Shown one piece after another: positions 21,179-30,990 of a DNA stretch of 64,000 nucleotides (the first letter of the stretch is position 1; each line of letters begins with the position of its first letter). Below the pieces are notes generated by a model. The model saw nothing but the letters and a program-made list of their open reading frames with translations, did not search any database and had not been told where the DNA came from. Origin of the DNA: Terriglobia bacterium (GTDB taxonomy: Bacteria > Acidobacteriota > Terriglobia > 20CM-2-55-15). Location: the NCBI GenBank assembly GCA_965198225.1, contig CBDAOY010000009.1, forward strand, positions 448,001 through 512,000, written 5' to 3'. The translations under genes were made by a program, and so were the position numbers.

Positions 21179-22852
21179 CTACTGAGCGGATCGGGTGAAC
21201 CGGTACCGGTAGAACCGCTCCGGCCGCAGCAGGAACTCGATCTGTTCGGCGCCGCGCCGGACGATGAGGCGAACATCGTCGCCGTTTCCGCTTGATATGC
21301 GGCGCAGTTCTTCCTCGAGCCTGCCGCGATCCGGGATGGGGGTGCCGGCGAGTTCGACGACGACATCATTCTCCCGGACTCCGGCAACCCAGGCCGGTCC
21401 CTCCCGATCCGGGGCCCGGACAGCGGCCTGACCTCCGGGATCGCCCACGTCGAAGATGCCCAACGAATAGCCGTCCTCCGCGATTCGTTCGATCCGGTAT
21501 CCTGCGTCGACCATCACGCCTTCCAGAGTTCCACGGTAGCCTTCGCGGGAGAACCGCCCGAGCACGGTGACGAGCGCGGCGCCGCCGACATCGTTCAAGG
21601 CTTCCAGGACGTCCTCGTAACCATACAACTCGCCCCGCTCGGCATTGTTGCGGTTCTGTGCCAGGGTGCGCATGATGTCGTCGAGTTGGGCTTCGCCCTT
21701 CGAGCCCAGGTAGGTGTCGAGCAGGAAGCCGGCCAGAGCGCCCTTGGTGTAGACGAGGTTCCGGGCTCGCGAGTCCTCAAAGTAACGGTTCCCGGCCTCT
21801 CGCAGTGGAGTCTCGCGCAGAAAGCTTGCATTCAGGCGCCGATACTTGCCGGCGAGTTCGGCGAGCATTTCCTCTTCCGAGATGAGCCCGGCACGCAGCA
21901 GGTTCTTTTGAGCGTAGTAATCGGTGACCCCTTCGCTGACCCAGAGCACGTCGTAATCCCTGTATCCCAGCAGCCCGTCTCCGCCGCTCCACAGGTGGAA
22001 CGATTCGTGAGCGATCAGGTTTCGGAAGGCGACGTGGTCCGAGAGCCTCCGATCACGAGGCATCACGAGGTTGATGCTGTTGTGGAACGCGTTGCCCGAC
22101 GTCACACCGTTTTCGTAGAAGAAGTCCCCGATCACCAGCAACCGTCGGAACGGCACCATTCCGAAAGTCTCCCGGTGAGTGTCGAGGATCCGGAAAAGAA
22201 AGCGCCGAACGTCGACGTCGTCGCTCATCCCCCTGCCCCGGAACGCGGTGTGGACTTCTACATCTCCCAGCCGGCTGGTCTCGATCCGGTAGTCGCCGGC
22301 GACGGAAATGGAATAGATCAGCTCGTCCAGGTCCGACCCGTCAAAGCGGTATTCCGGGTCGCCGACCCCCCAACTCGTGGCGAGATCCCATTCCTCCGGC
22401 CGCGCGAAACGCACGCGCACCAGATCCACGGTCTCTTCCGCCGGATAGATCAGCGTTGATGCGCCAGGGATAAACGCATGCACGGCGTCGATTGTCGGCA
22501 ACGTGCGGCCCCGGGATCGATCGAAGCCAGAGAGGTCCAGGCGATAGGAAAGCGTGAGGGAGTCTTTGCCGACCGTCGGTATGACAGCCACCCAGGAGTG
22601 TGGACCATCCACGGGTTTACCGTCGGCTCGGAGGTCGCGTACCGCTCTGTAGTAATCTTCTATTCCGCCGTAGTCCGCGGTCAGTTGAATGCGGAGAGAA
22701 TCGCTCTCGATGCCCTCGAGCGTCAGGGAGATCGGGATCGTCGGCGCACCGGGTTCGATGCCGATCTCGTAGGTCAGGTCGAGGGCCTCAGCAGCGGCTC
22801 CGTACGGGAACCCGATCGCGGCAGCCAGCAGGATCAGAAGGCGCGGCCCCAT
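21179..22852 (-). CDS. M61 family glycyl aminopeptidase-like protein with C-terminal PDZ
   Basis: Signal peptide; AHESFHLW, WVSEGVTDYY, VYTKGAL, GPAWVAGVREND. Confidence 0.8.
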   Translation of the reverse strand: MGPRLLILLAAAIGFPYGAAAEALDLTYEIGIEPGAPTIPISLTLEGIESDSLRIQLTADYGGIEDYYRAVRDLRADGKPVDGPHSWVAVIPTVGKDSLTLSYRLDLSGFDRSRGRTLPTIDAVHAFIPGASTLIYPAEETVDLVRVRFARPEEWDLATSWGVGDPEYRFDGSDLDELIYSISVAGDYRIETSRLGDVEVHTAFRGRGMSDDVDVRRFLFRILDTHRETFGMVPFRRLLVIGDFFYENGVTSGNAFHNSINLVMPRDRRLSDHVAFRNLIAHESFHLWSGGDGLLGYRDYDVLWVSEGVTDYYAQKNLLRAGLISEEEMLAELAGKYRRLNASFLRETPLREAGNRYFEDSRARNLVYTKGALAGFLLDTYLGSKGEAQLDDIMRTLAQNRNNAERGELYGYEDVLEALNDVGGAALVTVLGRFSREGYRGTLEGVMVDAGYRIERIAEDGYSLGIFDVGDPGGQAAVRAPDREGPAWVAGVRENDVVVELAGTPIPDRGRLEEELRRISSGNGDDVRLIVRRGAEQIEFLLRPERFYRYRFTRSAQ

Positions 22853-23664
22853 CAATTCCTCAAGAGTGCAAAGATTCGTGTCGGGCCGCCTGTGCCATTG
22901 TCGATCTTGATCGGTGCAACGATCAGGTGAGTGCCCGTTGGCGGAAGCTCGCCCAGGTTTGCCACGTTCTCCAGGTGATACTTGTCCCGTGCGTTGGTGA
23001 CGTGGTGGACGTCAAAGCCTTCCGACAGCCCGTAGTCGACGCTGAGCGTGTCGATACCGAGTCCCGCCACGTCGCGCTCGACGAGCAGTTCCGCCGCTTC
23101 GGGCGAGAAACCCGGGAAGTGCAGGGTTCCTTCTTCATCGGCGTTCTTGTAGCTGTCGTAATCCGTCCAGCGCTCGTCCCAGCCCGCGTACATGAAAACG
23201 AAGGTATTCGGCTCGATCCGTCCGTTGGTGCCTTCCCAGTTCAGGACGTCTTCGGTCGTGAGCAGGTAGTCGGGATTCTCGGCCACGGCAGCGCGAGCGT
23301 CGATGACGACAGCGGAGACGATCAGTTGCCGGATCGGAATACTGTCAATCGAGGCCTGGCCCTCCACGAAGTGGTTCGGCGCGTCCAGGTGCGTGCCGGT
23401 GTGTTCGGCCATCATGAAGCGCGCCGCCAGGGCGCCGTTCTCTTCGATTGTTTCGAAAACCTCGTAGGCGAACGGCGCATAGCCCTCTCCGGGCCAGTAC
23501 GGGTTCTTCGCATTCAGCGCGTGCGTCAGGTCCACGACCCGGGTGCTTCCGTCGGCAATGCCCTCGAGAATGCCGGACGGGGCCGCCGCCGGCTCTGGCG
23601 GTGGCGGGGATTGACAGGCCGCCAGCAGGGCGACAAGGCTCAGGATGAAGCTGATTTTCCTCAT
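22852..23664 (-). CDS. Cyclase family (kynurenine formamidase-like) lipoprotein
   Basis: LLAAC lipobox; EHTGTHLDAPNHF, FPGFS, GIDTLSVD, HLENVANL. Confidence 0.88.
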   Translation of the reverse strand: MRKISFILSLVALLAACQSPPPPEPAAAPSGILEGIADGSTRVVDLTHALNAKNPYWPGEGYAPFAYEVFETIEENGALAARFMMAEHTGTHLDAPNHFVEGQASIDSIPIRQLIVSAVVIDARAAVAENPDYLLTTEDVLNWEGTNGRIEPNTFVFMYAGWDERWTDYDSYKNADEEGTLHFPGFSPEAAELLVERDVAGLGIDTLSVDYGLSEGFDVHHVTNARDKYHLENVANLGELPPTGTHLIVAPIKIDNGTGGPTRIFALLRN

Positions 23665-23715
23665 AGTCGGATATACCTCAAATGGAGATTGTGTTCGGCG
23701 TGCTCTAATACGATC

Positions 23716-24210
23716 ATGACGCGCTGTTTTCTCGCCCTCGGTTCGAATCTCGGTGACCGCCAGGCCCACCTGCGGGCGGCGATCGATGAGCTTCCCCGCC
23801 GCGGGGTCCGTCTCGTCCGGGGCGCGTCGATATACTCCACTGAACCCAAGGAAATGCACGCCCAACCCTTGTTCCTCAACACGGTCGTGGAAGTGCTGAC
23901 CGAGCTCGGTCCTGAAGCGCTTCTGGTTGTTTGCCTCGACATCGAGAAATCTCGAAAGCGAACCCGTCAGGAAACCAACGGTCCCCGGACGCTGGACATC
24001 GACATCATCCTCTTCGGTGACCGCGTCCATCAAAGCGAGGCGGTAACGATTCCCCACCCGCGCTACACCGCCCGCCGGTTCGTCCTCGAGCCCCTGGCCG
24101 AGATTGCGCCCGACGTCATCGATCCGGCGCGGAACCAGCCTGTATCAGAGATCTTCGACCAGGCGCGAGACAGCGCGTCGGTCGAGCGCTGCGCTCCGCC
24201 CCTCTTCTAA
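23716..24210 (+). CDS. folK: 2-amino-4-hydroxy-6-hydroxymethyldihydropteridine diphosphokinase
   Basis: LALGSNLGDR, FLNTVV, GPRTLDIDIILF, IPHPR...RRFVLEPL. Confidence 0.95.
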   Translation: MTRCFLALGSNLGDRQAHLRAAIDELPRRGVRLVRGASIYSTEPKEMHAQPLFLNTVVEVLTELGPEALLVVCLDIEKSRKRTRQETNGPRTLDIDIILFGDRVHQSEAVTIPHPRYTARRFVLEPLAEIAPDVIDPARNQPVSEIFDQARDSASVERCAPPLF

Positions 24211-24211
24211 C

Positions 24212-24378
24212 TAGTGACCTGTAACAGTGCTATCGGTACCCTTCGGGCCGATGGGGGTTGCGGGCGATCTCTTTGTCGGAAGCCGTCACCGATGAAAGAG
24301 CATCGCTTTCCGTCTCCCTCCTCGACCTCGCCCGCAAGACCCATCGGCGATGGTACCGATAGCACTGTTACAGACTAT
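24212..24378. mobile_element. MITE-like element, family copy 2 (inverted relative to 15121-15391)
   Basis: TIRs TAGTGACCTGTAACAGTGCTATCGGTACC / GGTACCGATAGCACTGTTACAGACTA; shared core CCATCGCCGATGGGTCTTGC...CGACAAAGAGATCG...GCAACCCCCATCGGCCC. Confidence 0.75.
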
Positions 24379-24529
24379 AGCCGGGGCTCTGCCCCGGACC
24401 CCGGCTCCTTCGCTTGCGCGGCGGCGCCGTTGGCGCCTGGCCCGTTATGCAGGTACCGGTACAAAATTCTCGTTTCGGCAGGCATAACGGGCTACGGCAT
24501 CGAGACGCTGGTTCAAGCGCCCGATTGTA

Positions 24530-25396
24530 TCAGAGGCTGCGGGTCGGGCTTGCGGAGTCCAGCTGATCCGATCGCAGAGTTCGCCTCAGGAGAACGAGTC
24601 CGAAGAGGGTGAGGAGGAGGCCGGTCAGATTCATCCACAATGGCTGAAACTCCACCGACTCCCCGATCTTGTTGAAACCTCGGATCTCGATGTCGAGCAC
24701 GCCAAGGACGAGGGGCCAGCCGTTGGCGACCGCGTGACCGATCAAACCCGGGACGAGAGTGCCGGTACGGACCACAAGCCAGCCGAATAGCAAGCCGAGC
24801 ACGAGCGCGCCGGCAAACTGCCAGGGGTTCAGGTGGAATACGGCAAAGAGAAGAGCAGACCAGAAGATGGCTTTCCGAGCCGAATAGCGGGCCCGGAAAC
24901 CCTGAAGAATCAACCCACGAAACAGGAATTCTTCGGTTACCGGCGCAACGAGCACGAGAACGAACAATGCTCCGGCGACATTACCGCTGCCAAGACCCCG
25001 GAACAACTCCGTCAGTCCCTGCGGGGCAGGCAGGACGGTCTGCAGCGCGTTGTCCAGATCCGACAGCAGGATGGTCAGCCCCACCGTGGCCGATGCGAGG
25101 GGAAACAGCAGCGGCTGGCGGATTCTGTGAAGAGGAAAGACAACCGCGGGCAAAAGACCCTTTATCTTGACGCGCCATAAGACAACCAGCCCGATCGAGA
25201 ACAGGTTCGTGCCGCCGAAAACGAAAGGATTTCGGGAGGTTTGCGGGCCGGCAAGGGAAAGCACCGAGACCTGGATCAATATGCCTGCTGCGAAGACGAG
25301 AGCCAGGATCCAAACGGCCTCACCGATTGTCGGATACGGGTCCGGCAGGGGCGGATCGGGAACGGGTTCGTGCGCACCTGTGTCTGGTTCAGGCAT
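24530..25396 (-). CDS. CPBP family intramembrane glutamic endopeptidase (CAAX/Abi)
   Basis: APVTEEFLFRG, LFAVFH, HAVAN motifs; multiple TM helices. Confidence 0.9.
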   Translation of the reverse strand: MPEPDTGAHEPVPDPPLPDPYPTIGEAVWILALVFAAGILIQVSVLSLAGPQTSRNPFVFGGTNLFSIGLVVLWRVKIKGLLPAVVFPLHRIRQPLLFPLASATVGLTILLSDLDNALQTVLPAPQGLTELFRGLGSGNVAGALFVLVLVAPVTEEFLFRGLILQGFRARYSARKAIFWSALLFAVFHLNPWQFAGALVLGLLFGWLVVRTGTLVPGLIGHAVANGWPLVLGVLDIEIRGFNKIGESVEFQPLWMNLTGLLLTLFGLVLLRRTLRSDQLDSASPTRSL

Positions 25397-25443
25397 GACC
25401 TGGATGGACGCTCTCCTGAGACCGTCGACGGTTCAAGACGGTC

Positions 25444-26709
25444 TCAATCGGTGTTCCTACCCCGGGTGTCCGGGAACAGAAACAGGCAGATCCCCGTCAG
25501 CAAGTACATCACGGCTGTCGCCTGAAAAGCGGCGGTGAACCCATACATGTCCACGAGCTTACCGATTGTGTAAGGCGCCAGCGCACTGACACCCCGGCCG
25601 ATGTTGTAGGTGAATCCCTGTGCGGTTGCCCGGATGTGAGTCGGGAACAGCTCGCCGGTGATGATGCCGAAACCGGCAAAATGCCCGGCGCCGAAGAAGC
25701 CGATCAGCGGTCCTATCAACAACAGGGCCATGGGGTCGCGCGTGGCGCTGTATATCGGGACCAAAGCGGCCGCGAGAAACACGTAGCTGATGTAGATCTT
25801 CTTACGGCTGAAGCGGTCGGCAAGCGTACCGAAGGTGAGGTAGCCGGCAAAACTACCCGTGTGCATGACGAGCAGAAACATGTTGAACTGAAAGTTGCCC
25901 AGCCCCGCACCTCCCTGTTCGACCGACAGCGACAGGAGCGGCGGAATCCACAGAAACAGCCCCCAGCTGGCGAACATCGCGCAGATGCTGACCATCGAGG
26001 AGACGACTACCGAGCGGCGGATGCCCGGCTTCCAGAGCTGTCCCAACGAGGGCGCGTCTCGCTTCGCGGCGGCGATTTCCTGGCGCGTTTTCAGCCATTC
26101 GGCCGGCTCCTCGACGTTCCGGCGGATCCACAGCGTGAACAGGGCCGGGATGACCCCCACGAAAAAGACGGCCCGCCAGCCCCATAGCGGCAGGACCAGA
26201 GCCGCCGCAATCGCCGCGAGCCCGTAGCCAACGGCAAAGCCGCTCTGCATGATGCCGAAGGCTTTTCCCCGATGCTTTGCCGGCCAGGTTTCCGAAATCA
26301 GCGCCGCGCCGGTGCTCCACTCGCCGCCGACACCAAGTCCCAGGATGATGCGGAAGATCGCCAGCTGCGTGATGGTTTGAGAAAAGCCACAGGCCGCGGT
26401 GAAGATCGAATAGACCAGGATGCTCATCATCATCGCCCGGACACGGCCCAGCCGGTCCGCGATGAGCCCGAAGGCGACACCTCCGATCGCCGACGACATC
26501 AGCGTCAGGGAGTTGAGGAAGCCTGCCATCGCAAAACTCATCCCGAAGTGCTCGACGAGGTGGCCGATGACGATCGCGTAAAGAAGGACGTCCATGCTGT
26601 CCAGAACCCACCCGAGCGTCGCCGCGATCAAAGCCTTCCGCTGAGGTGACGAGATTTCACGCCACCAAGGCTCGGGGGAAGTATCTGGAATTGTGGCAGA
26701 TTGGCTCAT
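25444..26709 (-). CDS. MFS transporter (aromatic acid/sialate-type)
   Basis: GWVLDSMD, FGLIADRLGR, GLGVGGEW, ETWPAKHRG, ELFPTHIRATAQG. Confidence 0.9.
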   Translation of the reverse strand: MSQSATIPDTSPEPWWREISSPQRKALIAATLGWVLDSMDVLLYAIVIGHLVEHFGMSFAMAGFLNSLTLMSSAIGGVAFGLIADRLGRVRAMMMSILVYSIFTAACGFSQTITQLAIFRIILGLGVGGEWSTGAALISETWPAKHRGKAFGIMQSGFAVGYGLAAIAAALVLPLWGWRAVFFVGVIPALFTLWIRRNVEEPAEWLKTRQEIAAAKRDAPSLGQLWKPGIRRSVVVSSMVSICAMFASWGLFLWIPPLLSLSVEQGGAGLGNFQFNMFLLVMHTGSFAGYLTFGTLADRFSRKKIYISYVFLAAALVPIYSATRDPMALLLIGPLIGFFGAGHFAGFGIITGELFPTHIRATAQGFTYNIGRGVSALAPYTIGKLVDMYGFTAAFQATAVMYLLTGICLFLFPDTRGRNTD

Positions 26710-27077
26710 TCAGGAGCTTTCTTCTATCACCGTTTGGGTATCTGAGGAAGGAGTTTCCCGGAGAGATGATCGGTAGCCAGCCTTGCCAAGCCCCAGCCGT
26801 CTTGGGCCAGGACGCATGGGGGTTCGATTCGACCTTCGGCCATCGGTGCATCTCGGGAATAGTACCGACTGTACCCATAAAGAACATTGGTGTGAAAGGT
26901 TACAGGGATCCGCTTTCGGTGAGGCAGAAGATCGACCCAATCGGGCCAGGGATCTTCAGAATATCGGTAAATGTAACAACGGATGAGAGTTGGGCCAATC
27001 AAACAGCCACTGGGACGATAGCGCCCCCGATCCGCACAACGGAGGGCACAACGGCCTTCGGCCTATGGACAAGTGCC

Positions 27078-28511
27078 TCAATCCGCAAACCCGTACGAGT
27101 CGGTGTAGTGATCCAACCCCATCGAGCGCGACTCCCGGCTGAAACCGCTCTGTTTGAGGCCGGGAAACTCCACGTGAAGATCCTGGAAGATACCGTGGTT
27201 GTTGTGAAAGACCGCCCCGACGTGGATTCGATCGGCAAGGTTTTCAGCTCGGGTCCGGTTCGAAGTCCACACCGAAGCCCGCAAGCCGTACGGGGTGTCG
27301 TTCGACCACTCGACCGCCTGGTTCTCGTCCTTGAAAGGAACAATTGGGATCACCGGTCCGAATTGTTCACAGCCAACCAGCGAATCACCGTGGGCGGCTC
27401 CGGCGATGATGGAGGGCAGCATGAAATAGCCCTCCTTCCAGGAGTCGGGATCGAGTTTCCGTCCCAGAGTACGGACGTCGCTCCCGACTGCGCGGGCTTC
27501 GTCGATCAGGCCGCTGACGAAATCGAACTGGGGTTTGTTGTTCAGCGGTCCCATCGTGGTCTCGTTCCGAAGAGGGTCGCCGACGATGGTTCGCTCGAAC
27601 GATGCCATGAGCTTCTCGAGCAGTTCCTCCTCACGCGACTCTTGAACGTAGATTCGTTTGATGGCCACGCAGACCTGGCCGGTGGCTCGCAGGATTGCGC
27701 GCGTCATCAGGTCGATGGCGGATTCATCGAGGACGGCATCGTCGAGCACGACCGCGGGGTCGTTTCCGCCGAGTTCCAGAAAGAGTTTTTTTACCGTTGG
27801 CGCGGCGGTTTCGATGATGCGTTGGCCGGTTTCCGTGCCTCCGGTGAAGGCGACGGTCGAAACCCGCGTGTCGCGGACGAGAGCCTCACCAAGAGTGCTG
27901 CCCGCTCCGGTCACCAGGTTCAAAACGCCCGCGGGGAAATACGACTGGATGATCCGGAGGCATTCCATGACCGTCAGCGGGCAATAGCTGGCCGGTTTGA
28001 CGACGACAGTGTTTCCGCCGCCAACGGCAGGCACGAAGCGCCGAAAGCTTAGCAGGACCGGCGAATTCCATGGCGAGATGACCGCCGTCACGCCGCGCGG
28101 ACGCCTCCGCTGCCACACCGGCTGCCCCGGTTCGATCAGCTCCGGTGCGCTCCAGCCGGGAAGGTCCCGGGCGACAATTTCCATCATCTCGATCGATCGC
28201 CGGATATCCCGTTCGGCTTCGGCGAGCGGCTTCCCGTTCTCTCGCGCGAACAGAGGGATGAGGTCGGGCAGCGATGCCGCTAAAGCGGCGGCTGCTGACG
28301 TCAGCCGGGCAGCCCGATCGGTAGCACTGAATCGCGACCATTTGTCGAAGGCCGAAGCCGCAGCTTCCAGGGCCCGATCCAGCTCCTCGTTGCCGCAAAG
28401 GCCGACCTCGCCGACCGTCTCGACATTCCGCGCGGGGTTGATGACCGGCCTCGTCCGGGCGACGTCGATCCAGTCACCGTCGATCAGAACTTTGCCGGAT
28501 GTCGCTGTCAT
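27078..28511 (-). CDS. Aldehyde dehydrogenase
   Basis: ISPWNSP, VKPAS, FTGGTETG, LELGGND, GQVCVA, EQFGP. Confidence 0.93.
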   Translation of the reverse strand: MTATSGKVLIDGDWIDVARTRPVINPARNVETVGEVGLCGNEELDRALEAAASAFDKWSRFSATDRAARLTSAAAALAASLPDLIPLFARENGKPLAEAERDIRRSIEMMEIVARDLPGWSAPELIEPGQPVWQRRRPRGVTAVISPWNSPVLLSFRRFVPAVGGGNTVVVKPASYCPLTVMECLRIIQSYFPAGVLNLVTGAGSTLGEALVRDTRVSTVAFTGGTETGQRIIETAAPTVKKLFLELGGNDPAVVLDDAVLDESAIDLMTRAILRATGQVCVAIKRIYVQESREEELLEKLMASFERTIVGDPLRNETTMGPLNNKPQFDFVSGLIDEARAVGSDVRTLGRKLDPDSWKEGYFMLPSIIAGAAHGDSLVGCEQFGPVIPIVPFKDENQAVEWSNDTPYGLRASVWTSNRTRAENLADRIHVGAVFHNNHGIFQDLHVEFPGLKQSGFSRESRSMGLDHYTDSYGFAD

Positions 28512-28515
28512 CGTT

Positions 28516-30183
28516 TCAATCGTGAGGTTGCAGCACGCCGCCTGCCCCCGGGGGGCCACTGAAAGGTTTAGCCATCGGCCCGATGGCGTTGGAGTCAACC
28601 ACGATCAATCGTGCCTCCCGGGCGGCGATCGCCTCCCCTAGCTGGGCTCCCAACGCGTTCGCGCTTGCGACCCTGTGGGTCGGTATGCCGAAGGCCCCTC
28701 CGAGCTGGACGAAGTCCGGAGTCCAGAGATCCGCCCCGATCCTCCGCCCATCGAGGTACTGGTCTTGGATGTTGCGGATCACGCCGTAACCGGAATCATC
28801 GTAGAGGACGATCACGACCGGCAAGCGTTCTTCCCGGACAGTGGCGAGGTCCCCGACCTTGAGAAGGAAGCCGCCGTCTCCGCAGAAGAGAACCACCGGA
28901 CTGTCGGGTGCCGCGATCTGTGCGCCGGTCGCCATCGACAGGCCCTGCCCGATCCCCCCTCCCGAAGCGTGCACCGAGGTTCGCGGCCGGAGGATCTCGA
29001 TCAGCCGGTTGCCCCAGCTTGTGTTCGGAATCGTGATGTCCCGGACGACGATCGCCTCCTCGGGTATGGCGTCACGGACGGCATCCAGCACCGTCTCCCA
29101 GGGCCCGAGGGTATCGCGCAGCCGTTGCCGAACCGCGGTTCGGACCGCTTCCACTTTTTCACGAAAATCGGGCTTCGCAGCCGCAGTCCTGCGGCCAAGG
29201 GCTTTGACGAGTGCCGGCAGGAGGGTTGCCGCGTCGCCGACGAGGCTTTCCGAGTGGGGGAAGTTGCGGTTGATCGCGGCGGCATCGACATCGATGCCGA
29301 TGTGTTCGGCCGGGACCTTCATCGCCCAGTTCGATGTCTCGTTTCCCCTGAACCGGACCCCGACGCTGAGCAGGAGATCGGATGACGCGAGCAGCTCCTT
29401 GACTTCCGGATAAGTCGCAAAGTGACCGATACATAGCGGATGGTCCTCGGAGATCGCCCCACGTCCGGCCTGGCTCGTGATGACCCCCGCGTCGAGCGAC
29501 TCGGCCAGCTTCCGCAGCGAAGGCGCCACGTCGGCCCGGATGACCCCGCCGCCCGCCCAGATGAGCGGGCGCCTGGCTGTGACCAGTTTTTCGACCACGG
29601 CCTGCATTTGCTCCGGTTCCGGGACGCGCTGCGGGCGCCGGGACCACACGAGTTTGGAACGTTCGACGATCTGGGCCTGGAAATCGACCGGAATCTCCAC
29701 GCTGACGGGTCCGGAAGGCGGGTCGAGCGCCCGCGAGATCGCCGTTCGAACGATGGTGAGAGCCTGAGGCGCCCGACGAACGCGGAACGCCTGTTTGCTC
29801 AGGGCTTCGAGCATGGGCAACTGGCCTTCGAACTCATGAATGTAGCCCCGGCCCGAATCGATGAAGGCCGAATCCACCTGTCCGGTGATGTGGAGGAGGG
29901 GCGATCCGGCCGTGGCTGCCTCGATGAGGGCGCCCGCACCGTTCCCTGCCCCGGTGCCGGTGCTTGTGAGTACGACGCCCAGCCCGCCTGAAACTCGAGC
30001 GTATGCGTCGGCCATGTTGACGGCACCGCCCTCGCTTCGGGCCGTCACGACCCGGAACCCCCCGTGGCGGTGCAGCGCATCGTAGATGGGAAGGTTGTGG
30101 ATGCTGGTGATGCCGAAGACGACGTCCACACCGACTGCCTCCAGGTCCGAAATGATCGCGTCGCTGACGGTGGGTCGAAACAT
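28516..30183 (-). CDS. Thiamine-diphosphate-dependent enzyme (acetolactate synthase-like family)
   Basis: VFGITSIHNLP, ARSEGGAVNMADAYAR, STGTGAGN, GDGGF...DDSGYGVIR. Confidence 0.9.
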   Translation of the reverse strand: MFRPTVSDAIISDLEAVGVDVVFGITSIHNLPIYDALHRHGGFRVVTARSEGGAVNMADAYARVSGGLGVVLTSTGTGAGNGAGALIEAATAGSPLLHITGQVDSAFIDSGRGYIHEFEGQLPMLEALSKQAFRVRRAPQALTIVRTAISRALDPPSGPVSVEIPVDFQAQIVERSKLVWSRRPQRVPEPEQMQAVVEKLVTARRPLIWAGGGVIRADVAPSLRKLAESLDAGVITSQAGRGAISEDHPLCIGHFATYPEVKELLASSDLLLSVGVRFRGNETSNWAMKVPAEHIGIDVDAAAINRNFPHSESLVGDAATLLPALVKALGRRTAAAKPDFREKVEAVRTAVRQRLRDTLGPWETVLDAVRDAIPEEAIVVRDITIPNTSWGNRLIEILRPRTSVHASGGGIGQGLSMATGAQIAAPDSPVVLFCGDGGFLLKVGDLATVREERLPVVIVLYDDSGYGVIRNIQDQYLDGRRIGADLWTPDFVQLGGAFGIPTHRVASANALGAQLGEAIAAREARLIVVDSNAIGPMAKPFSGPPGAGGVLQPHD

Positions 30184-30195
30184 CGTCGGAAGTGC

Positions 30196-30990
30196 TCAAG
30201 AGTGCGACAGACAGAAGTCGCGCACCAGTGCGTTGAAGATCACGGGTTTTTCCTGGTAGCAAAGATGTCCGGCGTCGGGGATGACCTCGAAACGCGCGTC
30301 CGGCAACAGTTTCCCCATCGCCTCCATTTCAGAGAGTGGAATCACACGATCCTGGGCCGCCCAGACGAGCAGCGTCGGAACAGAGACCTCGCGGAGAATG
30401 TCGCGTTCGTCGGCCTCCGCCAGCGCGGCAGCCGCAAAGCGGTACCCTGAAGGACGGACCTGAGCCATGATCGAAACAGCTTCCTCCAGGACGTCGTTCG
30501 GAACGTCGGTCGAAAGCAGTTCGGGGCTTCGTTCCGCCGCCAGCCCTTCCGGACCGAGCCTTTCGATCATCTCCAGTCTCCTGACCAGTTTTTCCTTCCG
30601 GAGCGTCGCTTCTTCGGCGCCGCCGCCGCGGGACGTGTCCGCCAGTATCAACGTCCTGACGATGTCCGGGCGGGTCCTGTAGGTTTCCTGGGCGATGATC
30701 CCACCCAAGGAATGCCCCAGCAGATGCACGGGACCCAGCTTCAGCGCGTCGAGCCAAGCGGCGACACAGCCCGCGTATTCTTCCATGTTCGGGACTTCGG
30801 AAACCGTATCCGAGGATAGCCCGTACCCCGGCGCATCCCACGCGAGGACCGTGAAGTCGGCGGCCAAACCCGCCAGCTGCCGCTTCCATGAAAGGCGGTT
30901 GGACCCGATACCGTGGAGCAATACCAGCGCCGGCCCCTCCCCTGCGATCTCATAGGTGAGGATGTGTCGGTCCAGCGCAACCGATGCCAC
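30196..30990 (-). CDS. Alpha/beta-fold hydrolase
   Basis: LLHGIGS, WDAPGYGLS, GHSLGG, DAGHL; GTG start overlaps the Rieske gene stop. Confidence 0.88.
   Translation of the reverse strand: MASVALDRHILTYEIAGEGPALVLLHGIGSNRLSWKRQLAGLAADFTVLAWDAPGYGLSSDTVSEVPNMEEYAGCVAAWLDALKLGPVHLLGHSLGGIIAQETYRTRPDIVRTLILADTSRGGGAEEATLRKEKLVRRLEMIERLGPEGLAAERSPELLSTDVPNDVLEEAVSIMAQVRPSGYRFAAAALAEADERDILREVSVPTLLVWAAQDRVIPLSEMEAMGKLLPDARFEVIPDAGHLCYQEKPVIFNALVRDFCLSHS

Noticed and set aside
22600-24210. 536-aa ORF suggesting a FolK fusion and 401-aa extended cyclase ORF
   Set aside because: The extensions are antisense shadows of the neighbouring genes; real starts are 23716 (folK) and 23664 (cyclase).
26760-26840. 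GGGGGTTCGATTCGACC resembling a tRNA T-arm (possible tRNA-Sec)
   Set aside because: The T-stem does not pair, and no acceptor stem or UCA anticodon arm can be folded.
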